From Piromyces finnis finn (taxonomy: Eukaryota; Fungi; Neocallimastigomycota), in the NCBI GenBank assembly GCA_002104945.1, contig MCFH01000016.1, positions 806,001 through 870,000 of the forward strand: a stretch of 64,000 nucleotides of DNA, in the 5' to 3' direction. A program made the translations under genes and the position numbers. The notes under the pieces were generated by a model. The model saw only the letters and a program-made list of their open reading frames with translations, did no database searches and was not told the origin of the DNA. Numbering within the stretch: the stretch's first letter is position 1; each line of letters starts with the position of its first letter. Below are positions 28,844 to 40,300 of the stretch, piece after piece.

Positions 28844-29502
28844 TATTTATATATCCTATTTAATGATAAAAGAAATATTGTAAATTTTTTTTCTGATAAC
28901 CTTCAGAAAATATTATAAATAAAAAAAAAAAACATTAAAAAAAAATAAAATAAAAATAATATTTTTAAAGATTAAATATAAATTATACATTTTTCAAAAA
29001 AAATTTTATATAAAAAAATTATAATAAAATACTTATATACACACTTTAACTTTATTTTTTGTTTTTATTTTTTTTTATTAATTATTTATTTTTTTTAAAT
29101 GTTTTTAAATAGAAATGCAAAAAATATAATGAAAATGAATTTAATTTAAAAAAAAAAAAAAAAAAACTGTATATACATAATAGTTTTTTTTTTTTTTTTG
29201 ATTGATTGATTGATAAAAAGTTCTTTTAAAAAAAAAAAAAGTTACCCTTTTCAATTAAAATAAAATATATATAAAATTAAATATTTAAAAAATGTTTCTT
29301 TTTTTTTTTTGTGGAATTTATTTTTTTCGATTTTTAAGAGTTGATCCATTCTCTAATCAACCTTATTTTTTTTTATGCCATATTTTTCGAAAAAAATATT
29401 ATCCACACCACAAAGATTAAAAATTAAAATTTGTTTTTAGTAAAAGAAAAAATATTTATAACAAAACAAGCGAAAAAGATTTCCACTATTTGAAAATCTT
29501 TT

Positions 29503-30867
29503 TTAATTCAAGTTTTTGCTTTGTTCAGCAGCAATGGCAATTTTAAGAAATTCTGTAGTTTCAGTATTGGTATATAAAATCTTACTCTTTTTGAAACCGT
29601 TGAATTCAGAAGCAGCACTAATAGTGTAGGCACCCATTTCATCAAAATATAACCAATCACCAACATCTAATTCTGGTAATAAGGTATTTTTGCTTAAACA
29701 ATCAAGAGAATCACAAGTTGGGCCCCAAACACTACAATTGAATTCAGTTTCTCTAGTCTCACCATTGTCAAATAAAAATTGACCATTCTTACATAATGGC
29801 TTTGGACGAGGATGTTGATGATCAAACATAATACTGTTAAAACTACCGTAAATACCATCATTAATATAGTACATAAAAGATGGATGATCATCATTTCCAA
29901 CAATACCATCATCAGATCCATCACGCTTAACAATACGACGAGCAATAATATTAGTAGCTATAGTGAAAGCAGAAGCAGAATAATAACGTCCTGGTTCAGC
30001 AATAACTCTAACATGTGCAGGGAAATACTTATCAACAGCAGTACGAAGAACTTCGCATACTTCCCCAAATGAAATGTTTTCATTATCGGATCCTGGGAAA
30101 CCACCACCAACATCTAATAAAGTGAAATCAAAACCAAGTTCTTTACCAATATCAAAGACGTTGCGAGCAACGAGAACAGCATCCCTAAAAGAAGAGGAGG
30201 CAAAACAACCACTACCAACATGGAAACTAACACCAATAACATTAATACCTAATTCTCTTGCCTTTTCTAATAATTCACGAGCAGCAGATGGAGAGGCACC
30301 AAATTTTGAACTAAACTTACAAAGAGAGTTTGAATCATCAATTAAAACTCTTAAAACCATCTTTGCAGATTTGTGATACTTCTTAACCTTATAGAGTTCA
30401 TCAACATTATCAAAAGTCATCATTTCAATTCCCTTTTCTGAAGCAAAACGAATGTGGGAATTTTGTTTACATGGGTTGGCGTAAATGATCTTACTTGGTG
30501 GTACACCATAATTCAACATATTTTGCATTTCACCTCTACTAGCACAGTCAAAACCAGTTCCCATAGAAACCATAGTTTTTAAAAGTAATGGATCACCACA
30601 ACACTTGACTGCGTAGAATGGTTCAATTCTTGGTAAGTTACGAACCCATTTGATATGTTGACGAACAACTTGTCCAATATCACAAACAAAGAATGGATCT
30701 TCATCTTCGTTTTCTAAAATGTGGTTCTTGATAACATCTTGAACTGAATGAGTGCATTTAAATAAATTAGCAAAAGCATTTTGTGATTTTACATCTTCAC
30801 TCTTAACAGAGGTTTGAGCATTAATAGAAGCAATTATTTCGTTAGCAATACCTGGATATTCCTTCAT
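29503..30867 (-). CDS. SPE1: Ornithine decarboxylase (eukaryotic fold-III PLP enzyme), single coding exon
   Basis: 454-aa ORF with PFYAVKC (PLP lysine), FDCAS, IIYANPCK, GVSFHVGSG, DVGGGFPG, AEPGRYY, YYINDGIYGSFN, WGPTCDSLD (catalytic Cys-Asp) and MGAYT. Catalytic residues are intact, so this is not an antizyme-inhibitor-like dead copy. Confidence 0.95.
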   Translation of the reverse strand: MKEYPGIANEIIASINAQTSVKSEDVKSQNAFANLFKCTHSVQDVIKNHILENEDEDPFFVCDIGQVVRQHIKWVRNLPRIEPFYAVKCCGDPLLLKTMVSMGTGFDCASRGEMQNMLNYGVPPSKIIYANPCKQNSHIRFASEKGIEMMTFDNVDELYKVKKYHKSAKMVLRVLIDDSNSLCKFSSKFGASPSAARELLEKARELGINVIGVSFHVGSGCFASSSFRDAVLVARNVFDIGKELGFDFTLLDVGGGFPGSDNENISFGEVCEVLRTAVDKYFPAHVRVIAEPGRYYSASAFTIATNIIARRIVKRDGSDDGIVGNDDHPSFMYYINDGIYGSFNSIMFDHQHPRPKPLCKNGQFLFDNGETRETEFNCSVWGPTCDSLDCLSKNTLLPELDVGDWLYFDEMGAYTISAASEFNGFKKSKILYTNTETTEFLKIAIAAEQSKNLN

Positions 30868-31269
30868 CTTGATAACTTGTCTTCTTAATAAAATATATCT
30901 AAATTTTTGTTTTAAAGTTCGATTTGTATTATAATAGGTTTAATAAATTCCTTTATTTTCTCTTTTAAACAAAAAGTTTGAGAATAGGTTTTATTAATTA
31001 ATTAATTAATTGAAAATGTAGATCAGTATAAGTTTTTCTTTGCCGCGTGGTTGCAAAAGGCCTTTTTCTTTTTCTTTTGATACGACTTTATTCGAATCCT
31101 ATGTTAAAGAAAAAAGAAAAAAAAAGGCTTTAAAAAAAAAAAAAAACGTTTGTTTTTTTTAGCTAATTTTTTAAAATAAAAATATTATTACTTAATAATA
31201 ATTATTGATTTTGGCAAAAAATCAGTATTGATTTTCTTTTATCGTTGATAATAATTTAAACTTCTTTAT

Positions 31270-31350
31270 TTAGTTCAAAACCCAGGGGGGGGCTGAACAG
31301 TGAGTATTGAAATATAAGTATTTAACTTGACTAATTGTCGTGAAAGCCGT
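31270..31350 (-). promoter_or_regulatory. Putative non-AUG upstream ORF (uCC-like) of ODC ending in PPW-VLN*
   Basis: The minus-strand frame reads ACG GCT TTC ACG ACA ATT AGT CAA GTT AAA TAC TTA TAT TTC AAT ACT CAC TGT TCA GCC CCC CCC TGG GTT TTG AAC TAA. There is no in-frame AUG, and the frame is closed upstream by TAA at 31375-31377. The start codon choice (ATA 31359, ACG 31350, ATT 31335) is inferred. Confidence 0.7.
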
Positions 31351-31359
31351 GATCGCTAT

Positions 31360-31387
31360 AACCCTTCCTACTGTTTATAGAAGGGTT
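31360..31387 (-). promoter_or_regulatory. Stem-loop immediately 5' of the ODC uORF
   Basis: Plus strand reads AACCCTT-C-CTA-ctgttta-TAG-AAGGGTT: a 7-bp plus 3-bp stem with one bulged base, in otherwise very AT-rich DNA. Confidence 0.55.
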
Positions 31388-34339
31388 GGGTCAAAAATTT
31401 TTTCTTTAAAAAGAAAAAAAAATATTGTAGTTGTACCTATTTTGGTATAGTATAAAATAAAAAGGTAATATATATAAAATAAAATTTATATATATTTTTC
31501 TTATCTCAATAAATATTAAAAAAAAAAGAAATCTATGATTATATAATAAATTTAAATTATTTAATATATATTCATATATATGTATTAATAAACTAAAATT
31601 GTTTTTTTATATAGTTTTTTTTTTATCAAATAACTAATATATTTAAATATATATTGTTAATTCTATTTTAATTGAACGTTTTTTTTAAGGTAACTCAAAA
31701 AAAAAAAATCGTTTATATTTATCGTTTAGTGTTCGAAACTACTAAGTAATAAATCAAATGATTATTATTTTTTATTTATAATAAAAAATGCTGATAGTAA
31801 AAAAAAAAAAAAAATTAAAGACATTTGATTTAGTTTTTATATGATTTCCCCTGATTATATTTACAACTGAATATGAAATAAATATAAACTATATAATAAA
31901 TAAAGATTTCTATATATTAAATAAATATGGAAAAATATATAAAATTTTAAATCAAATAATATATTAATATTTTTACTAAGAAAAATTGAAATACTAAATA
32001 TATTTAAATAAAAAAAATCATTACATATAAAAAATATATCATTCTTCTATATTATTTAATTAATATTATTAATTTATATTAACAATATAAATATATATTT
32101 GAATTTATTCTTTATTCAATATATTATATTTATAATAACAGTATACTGTAAATATATGATTCAAAAGAATTTTATTCTCATTATTATATATTATAGTATA
32201 TTAGAGTATATTATTTTTGATATATTTAATGCCAAAAAAATTATTATAAATTAAAATAATAATTATTATTAATAATTAATAATCTATAAAATATAAATTT
32301 ATATATTATATAATCGACTGTAGGTTATTTTTTTATATTGAAAAATTTGATTATATATTAAAATTTTAAAAAAAAGCGAATATATAATATAAAAATTGGA
32401 ATTCATTACTAATATATATAATGAATCGATCCATTGAAAAAATATATATTATTAATATAATAAAAATAAATTGGATTTATTCCAATATATTGAAATATAC
32501 TACAATATATGAAGTATATTACACTAGTAATATTCTTTTTTTTTAAAGTTTTTGAAATATTGTAATATTTTAAAATAATTTCTGCCAATATATTATTTTA
32601 TTTTTTATATTATTAATAATATATAATAATATAAAAGCCTTTCTAATCTTATCAACCAATAATATATTGATAACTATAATAAATGATTGACATAAAAGGA
32701 AAGGAAATAATTACTATAGCATGAAAAAAACCAGATTTAAATAATTAATCCATTCTTTTTATTATGACTGTAAAAAGGTATTTTTTCCATATATTATGAA
32801 TAGGATTTCTATTTCTATTAATCATATAAACCTTATATATTAAAATAGTTAGTGGTGATCTCTTAAATAAAAAAGTCAATCATTAATAATGATTTAAAGT
32901 AAAGGTTATCATTCTAACTCAGAAATACACAACTCAATGCATGAGCAATGCCTCGTATACAACATTCTTAAATATACATTAAATAAAAAATAGAAATATA
33001 TAGTTCATAGAATTAACCAATAAATAAAAAGGGTTGATCTAACATACATGTATCCAATAATACTTATTTAAAATATGTGATAAAGTAAAAAAGTCACTCT
33101 TTACATAGATTTATGTAAAGCAGAAAAAATAGATTATAAAGACATCATTTTTAATTATTATTCAATTTCAATTGACTCCACTTTTTTTAAAAAAATATAA
33201 TTGAACAATATATTAATATATATTTTAATATATAATGTTTATCTTTATAAATGTTAAATATGTCATAAATAAAAAACTAATTGTCTAATTATTAATACAA
33301 AAAAAATTTGGCTAAAAAGGTTTGGTGTATGATTTTCCCAAAATAAAATTAGGTGACATTTTTATTTGACACTATTATAATGGGATTAATCTGAAAAGAA
33401 AGTTGTACTCATAAAAGTGATTGACTCTATATAGATCGAAAATATCTATTAATTCAATGTAAGTATATTAATTCTATGAAGAATAAATTGCAGCTATTAA
33501 TTATTTTTTTTACAATTATCAAATAGTGAACCTTGGTTAAAATCCACCTCTTAGCCAGTAACAATGCAAAAAAAATGTAAAAATAAATAGAATGATTTTA
33601 TTGGTTAGTAGTTTAATAATAAAAGTTAACACGTGAAAGTCAACAAAAATTAAATTTAAACCATTTTTAATTTACTTTATTATTAAATAATGTATACATT
33701 AATGTAAGAAATTAAATTGATTTGTATAAAGATAGTATTTAATAAAATTTTTTAAAGTACCAAAATTTTAACAAGAAAAAAAGGATTTATTAAACTTAAA
33801 AAACTTAAAATTTTTATTAATTAATTATTTCCATTATATATTTTAAAACTTTTAATTTAATTATTATTATAAATAAAATTTAAAATTGACAAGACTGTTA
33901 TTTACTATTTATCAAAAATAATAATAGTATTATTTTTCTACTCTAATAATATTATTCATTATTATTTTAATAAAAAAAAAAAAAAACTAAATAATTGATA
34001 TTTTAAAGTTTTCTACAATATTTAATTTCAATATTTATCAAAAAAAAAATTTGGCATTTATCCATTTATCCTTTAAATATATATAGATTATTAACCTTAA
34101 ATGTTAATAAGACCGACTTTTTTTTTAAAAAAAAAAAAAACTATATTCCTAATAACTTTTAATATTGAATGCCAATGATTTATCTAAAAATAAACCTATT
34201 AATTTATTATAACTGAATAATCTGAATAATCTACCTCCTCCTAATAAGGTTTATTTATATCACTATTTAATAAAACAAAAAAAAAATACAGAAGTTAAAA
34301 TAGGAAATGAGTTTATATCAAAACTGAATTTTTTTGGAA

Positions 34340-34840
34340 ATATAAGCTTTTATAATTATAGAATATGATATTTTAAATGTATATATATAACTTTTTTCAA
34401 TTTCTCTATATTTTATTAATATTAAAAAAAATAGTAATATTAATAATGAAATATAATAAATGAAATTTATTCCTATGTTATTAATTTAAAAAAAAAAAAG
34501 TTTTTTTTTTTTTTTGTAATAATAGAATAGGTATTATGAAATGAAATATTGACTTTTTTAATTTTTCTTTTAAAAAATATTAGAGAACATTGGCATCCTC
34601 TATATAATTATTATATATTAATATTAAAAATATAGTTATACCATTATAACAAATGAAATTTATTCCTATACTATTTAATTAAGAAAAAATATAAGCTTTT
34701 TTTGTTATAATATAATAGAAAAAGGTTTTATTAAATGAAATATTAACTTTTTTCAATTTCTTTTTCTTTTAACCTTTTTTGTTTTTTTTTCTTTTACGAA
34801 TTTTCTTTTGTTTATTTTCTTAACATTGGCATCCTCTAAA
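34340..34840. repeat. Degenerate local tandem duplication (period about 195-235 bp)
   Basis: Motifs AAATGAAATTTATTCCTAT (about 34458 and 34651), AACATTGGCATCCTCTA (about 34586 and 34822) and ATATAAGCTTTT (about 34340 and 34690) each occur twice. Confidence 0.6.
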
Positions 34841-36736
34841 TAATTATTATTCTTATACAATACATTAAACCATATTTCCATAATACAAAAGTATTATTAT
34901 AAAACTTTTTTTTAAAAAAAAAAAAACCATTAATTATCTATTTAAATATATAAATACTACTAAAAAAAAAAAAAGGACTAAAAATACTCTGAGAACATTT
35001 ATATTAACTAATATTACAAGTATAAATTATTTAATAACAATGTAATAATTATTTAATGAAATATTTAATAAAATTAAATAATACTTGTTTAGTATAAAAC
35101 TGTATATTATGGTTTATTTCAAAATTCTTAACCATTTGTAATTTGTAATCTATAATGCAAAAATAAAAATTTATAATAATATAAAAATAAAGATGATAAT
35201 TATACAATTAAATCCATCCGATTCTATTATTATACTATTTTAAATTTAAACTTTTTTTTTCTATTTATTTATTTATTTATTTATTTATTTATTGTTAGAT
35301 TTTTCTTAATCTTTTTTTAGTATATACATTAAAATAAAATATAAATTATAAATAGCAATAATGATATATCCCCGTTAAAAAAAAAACTTCAATTTTCATT
35401 AATGAATATATAAAAAATAGAAGCATTCCTTATCCGTCATTATATATTTAAAACTTACAAATAATTTTTATTAATTTTTTATATAGTATAGATAAACTAA
35501 AATATCAAAGTGTAAGTCAGCTAAATTTATAAAGTTAAAGATAGTATAATACAAAAGAAAATAAAATATTCATATATTGTGGTATGATATAAATTCAAAG
35601 AAAACCTCTATTAATAAAAAAAAAAAAAAAAAAGATAATTTTAATTCTGTATCGTTTTGTACATTAATAATCGTATAAAATAGTTTAATGCAATTCTATA
35701 TCAAAATGTATCTTTTCTATATAATATTAAAAAAAGTATTTTATAATAAATGTTGTTGCATTATTAATTTTTATAAAATACCTTTTTTAGAAATTTTTCA
35801 TAGAAAGTAATATGACTTTATCTAGATGTTGTTGTCATATATATCATTGTCATTTATTAAAAATAATAATATATAACTATACATAATTATAGTATATTTA
35901 AAAAAAAAAAAAAAGACTTTTTATATTTAAATTTTTAAAAAAAATTTTTACCATATGACTTTACAATATCATTTCTACATAATGTATTAAAGAAAAAGAC
36001 AATATGGTGAAAGTAAAATATTTATTTTTATAGAATATTAATAAATCAATATCAGTATATCAATATGCATATATATATATGAAATTTATATTTTTATATA
36101 CTGTAAAATTAGTAGTTAATTAATAACATTAAAAATAATATATATATTTAAACACCTTATCAAAAGTGATTCTTTGAATAGCTCTTTAATAATTTACTAA
36201 TTTATTTTATATACATCGAATGGATTTGTTTTAAAAATTATTTATTACATTAACTATTACTATTTATAAAGTATATTTTAAATGAACTATACACCTTTCT
36301 ATATTAAAATTTTTTGGTCTTCCAATAAATATATTAATCTTTTTTTTTTTAATTATAATTAAAACTATCTGTTTTTACTATAACTGATAGAGAATTAATA
36401 TATAATTAATATTAAAAATAAAAAAAAATAAAAAATAAAAAAAAAAAAAGGTTTCAGCTAATATTACAAAATATAAAATATATGAATATTAAAAAAATTC
36501 TAAAATTATGTTTAAATAATATAAAAATCAAGAATAAAAAAAAACATATAATATATTATTATGTTGATGTAATATTAATTTTAATGGTAAAACAAAAAAC
36601 TACATTTATATTATAATCGTTAAAATAATCGTAGGAAATCAAATAATTAGTTAATAAAAAGAATTGAATATATCTGGAAACATTCATATATAAACTTTTT
36701 TTTTTTTTCATCTCCATGGTTGTATTATTTTATCAT

Positions 36737-36771
<35 letters not shown>

Positions 36772-37088
36772 AATATTCTACTTTATACTTTTAATATAAT
36801 TCATTTAATATAAATAATGTTAAAACTTTTCTTAATTTATGAATTTAAAAGTTTTCAAATTAACATGTAAAATTTAATATAAATATTTAATCATTAAATT
36901 TAAGTTTTCTTGGAATATATATATGCTTCTTTTTATTTATTTATTTATTTGTATGCTTGTTCATTAATTCATTGTGGAAACAAAACATCTTGTAATAAAT
37001 TATAATATTTAATTTGCTTTCAAGTCCTTTATGAAATATTCTTTGTTCTTCATTACATAAAATAAACTATATATATATATATAATGAT

Positions 37089-37094
37089 AAATTG

Positions 37095-37101
<7 letters not shown>
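37089..37101. repeat. Target-site duplication, left copy (AAATTGAGCTTTT)
   Basis: Identical to 42660-42672; its last T residues merge with the poly(T) tail. Confidence 0.9.
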
Positions 37102-37132
<31 letters not shown>

Positions 37133-37369
37133 GGCATCAAATATTTTAAACTTTATTATTAATTTAATTAAAATTATAATACATGTAATATAAAAATTAA
37201 AATAAAATAAAAATAAAAAAAAAATATGTTTAAATAAACACAAATGAATAAAAATTGGGTATAATGTATTCTAGTAATTTTAATTAAAGTAAGAAAGCCA
37301 CTATCATACTAAAGTATAATAATTGTATTTGACTTCCAATGGGACACCGAGCCAAAGATCAAAATTTTG

Positions 37370-40300
37370 TCATGGAACAAAATTATGATCTCCATTGGTT
37401 GCGCTGGCCCTCCTGGCCTGTCTTACTGTTTCTTCAGCATTGACGCTCTTGGATGTTGCTTCAAACCTTTTGAACATTGTCCATTGCTGGCCAATAGCAA
37501 AAGGCATGATTTTGGTTAGAAGTTCCGCGGTTACCGTCAAGAATGGTGTTCCTTCATTAGTACCAGATTGAATCTGACGCTTACAAAGTTCTTTCCATTC
37601 CCTTGAATTGTAATTAATATTGTTAAAACTTCTTCCCCCAAGAAGGAATTTAAATATTTTACTGCACACACTAGAATAATCATACACATTAATATTCACC
37701 GGATTATTAGAACTATTACTATCATTAACTAAATTACTATCTAAATTAGAATTATTATCTTCACTATTGCTATCATTACTAATATTATTATTTCTATTAT
37801 TGTTATTATTACTATTGTTACTATTACTATTGTTACTATTACTATTGTTATTACTACTATTGTTACTATTACTATTAATGTTATTGCTATCTCTACTGAT
37901 ATTATCAATTTCATTATCATTGATAGGACTATTGGAATTACGTTGACTGAAAAAATTTAATAGCTGGACTATGGAATCATAATGTTTAATACGGATATCT
38001 CTAAATGTTGGACAATCTAATAACCAATGTTTAATACTTTGAACACCACACTTGCAACATGGACAGTAGTTAGGACAAACTGGATCAACAAATTTAGCAG
38101 CTTTGGCAACTCTAGCATCCAACTTGTATCCGCTTCTTGCTTTCAATAGCCAGTAGAAGCCATAGGCAAACTCTGGGTACTCATAACATAATTTAATAAA
38201 ATCTTTAGTTTCAATAAATTTATTATCATCATAATATTGCGCTTTGATTGAATTCCCTTTGAGATCTTTCCAATAAAAGTTTTTAATTGCTTTAATATCT
38301 CCATGCTTCTTTAGTTTTTTATCAAGTGTCCTACTTGATTTGCACCACGTGTATTTTCTAAATTTAGGAATGTAATTGACAAGGTGTGAGATAATACAAT
38401 TTGAGTTTTTCCATTTGTTAAAACATCTAACCTGAGCTAACGCACATTTGGCTGACAATGGAGGAATATTCAAATCTTTTGAAATAGAGTATAAAGATAT
38501 AAACGATACAGCTTTATGAACTCCGGCAATCCATCGTATTCCTTTGTTAACATGCTTCTGAGCAATTCTAGACCTGGCTTTGTTGGATCCAAGTAATGGT
38601 GCAAAGTATGAAACTCTGCTAATCACTTGTGAGTTAAGTACTAGCTTTTTGAAGGGAATAGGAATATTAGGATTTCTTAAGAATTTACTGACTGAAAAAA
38701 GTCCTTTCAAAACCTTGTTATTAAGAGCTTTAATTACTGGTTTAAGGGACAAATTCTTATCAAATGGAACACCAAGATAAGTATAGCAATCAGTAGTTGG
38801 AATGGGTTGTCCTGCTAAGTAAAATGTTGGATCTCTCTTGTTCTGATTTTCTATTGATTCAGGACGAATCACCATCGTTGAACATTTCTGGATACCAAAT
38901 TCCATTTCATTATACAAGGCCCATTCATTAACTCTTCTAAGCATCTTTTTTAAGTATCCTCTTGTTGGAGCACAAATAACTATGTCATCTGCAAAAAGTC
39001 CACCACAGCATCGAGTGTCACCTAAACTGACTCCTAAATCTTCACACTCTTTAAATATATCATTAATAAAGAGATTAAAGAGAATAGGAGAAAGAGGGCA
39101 ACCTTGACGGACACCTTTCTTCACATCAAAAGATTTCGAGAATTTTCCATCTAATTTGACATTAGCCTTAGATGTTAAATATAAATTTTTGATAAATTGT
39201 AAACTCTTACCTCGGATTCCTAAACAATCTAATTTATGGAGAATATTACCGATTGGGACTGAATCGTATGCTTTCCTGAGATCTAAAAAGGCCAAATATG
39301 TCTCTTTATTATCTAATTGACGTCTACGGCATATTTCTTGGATTGAAATGAAAAGACTGATATTTTCTTCCTTTTTTCGAAAACCAAATTGTTCAGGTCT
39401 AATGAAATTATTCTTTAGACCATATTCTGAAATTCTAGTGGTGACAATTTTGGAAATCAACTTAATACCATTATTGATAAGTGATATACCTCGATAGTTA
39501 TCACAATCTGTCAAATCTCCCTTCTTAGGAATAGAAACAATACTGGATTCATTCCATGAGCTGGGGAAATCTCCATCCCAAATACGGTTGAATAATTTAA
39601 GAATAAAATTTAACCCATGAGCATCATTATCTGAAGTAGTATTACCAGAAGAATTATTACCTGTAGCATTATTAGAATCATTACTTGATGGAATTAATGC
39701 TTTGTAAAATTCAATTGGAATACCATCCGGACCTGATGCTTTATAATTTGGAGTAGAGAGGATAGCTGACTTGACTTCATCAATACTAATATCTTGGTTG
39801 ATATCCCATTCATCAAGCATAGGAAGTGAAAAACGTTTGTTCATTGGTTCTTCATACCAATGCTCTAAATCAAGACTTACACCACTTGGATCTGATGCAA
39901 GCTTTTCGAAATGATCATGCCACACATCTAGTTGTTCTTCCGTAGCAACAACTAATTCTCCATTTTTATTTTTAATTGGTTGAGCAATAAAGAAAGAATC
40001 TTTTCCAATTTTTGCAGTTTTCTTGATCCATTTCCAGGCCTTCTTAGGATTATGACTCTTCATATACTCACATCCTGTTTTAATCCAATGAAGATATTCT
40101 TGTTTCCTAAATTCATTACATCTTTTGTGGATGTAATCAATGAGCTTACGGTAGATTTTAATTCTTTTAATAAATTCATCTATATCATAAATTCTTTCTT
40201 TTTTAAATCTCTTATACAACTTCATTTTGATTTTTTGAAGATTAAAAATTTGTTGTGAAATATGAAATGAAGACTTTATAACATTATTTGCTGAAGTAAT

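Noticed and set aside
33630-33635. CACGTG E-box upstream of ODC
   Set aside because: A single hexamer 2.8 kb away is near chance expectation, with no supporting cluster.
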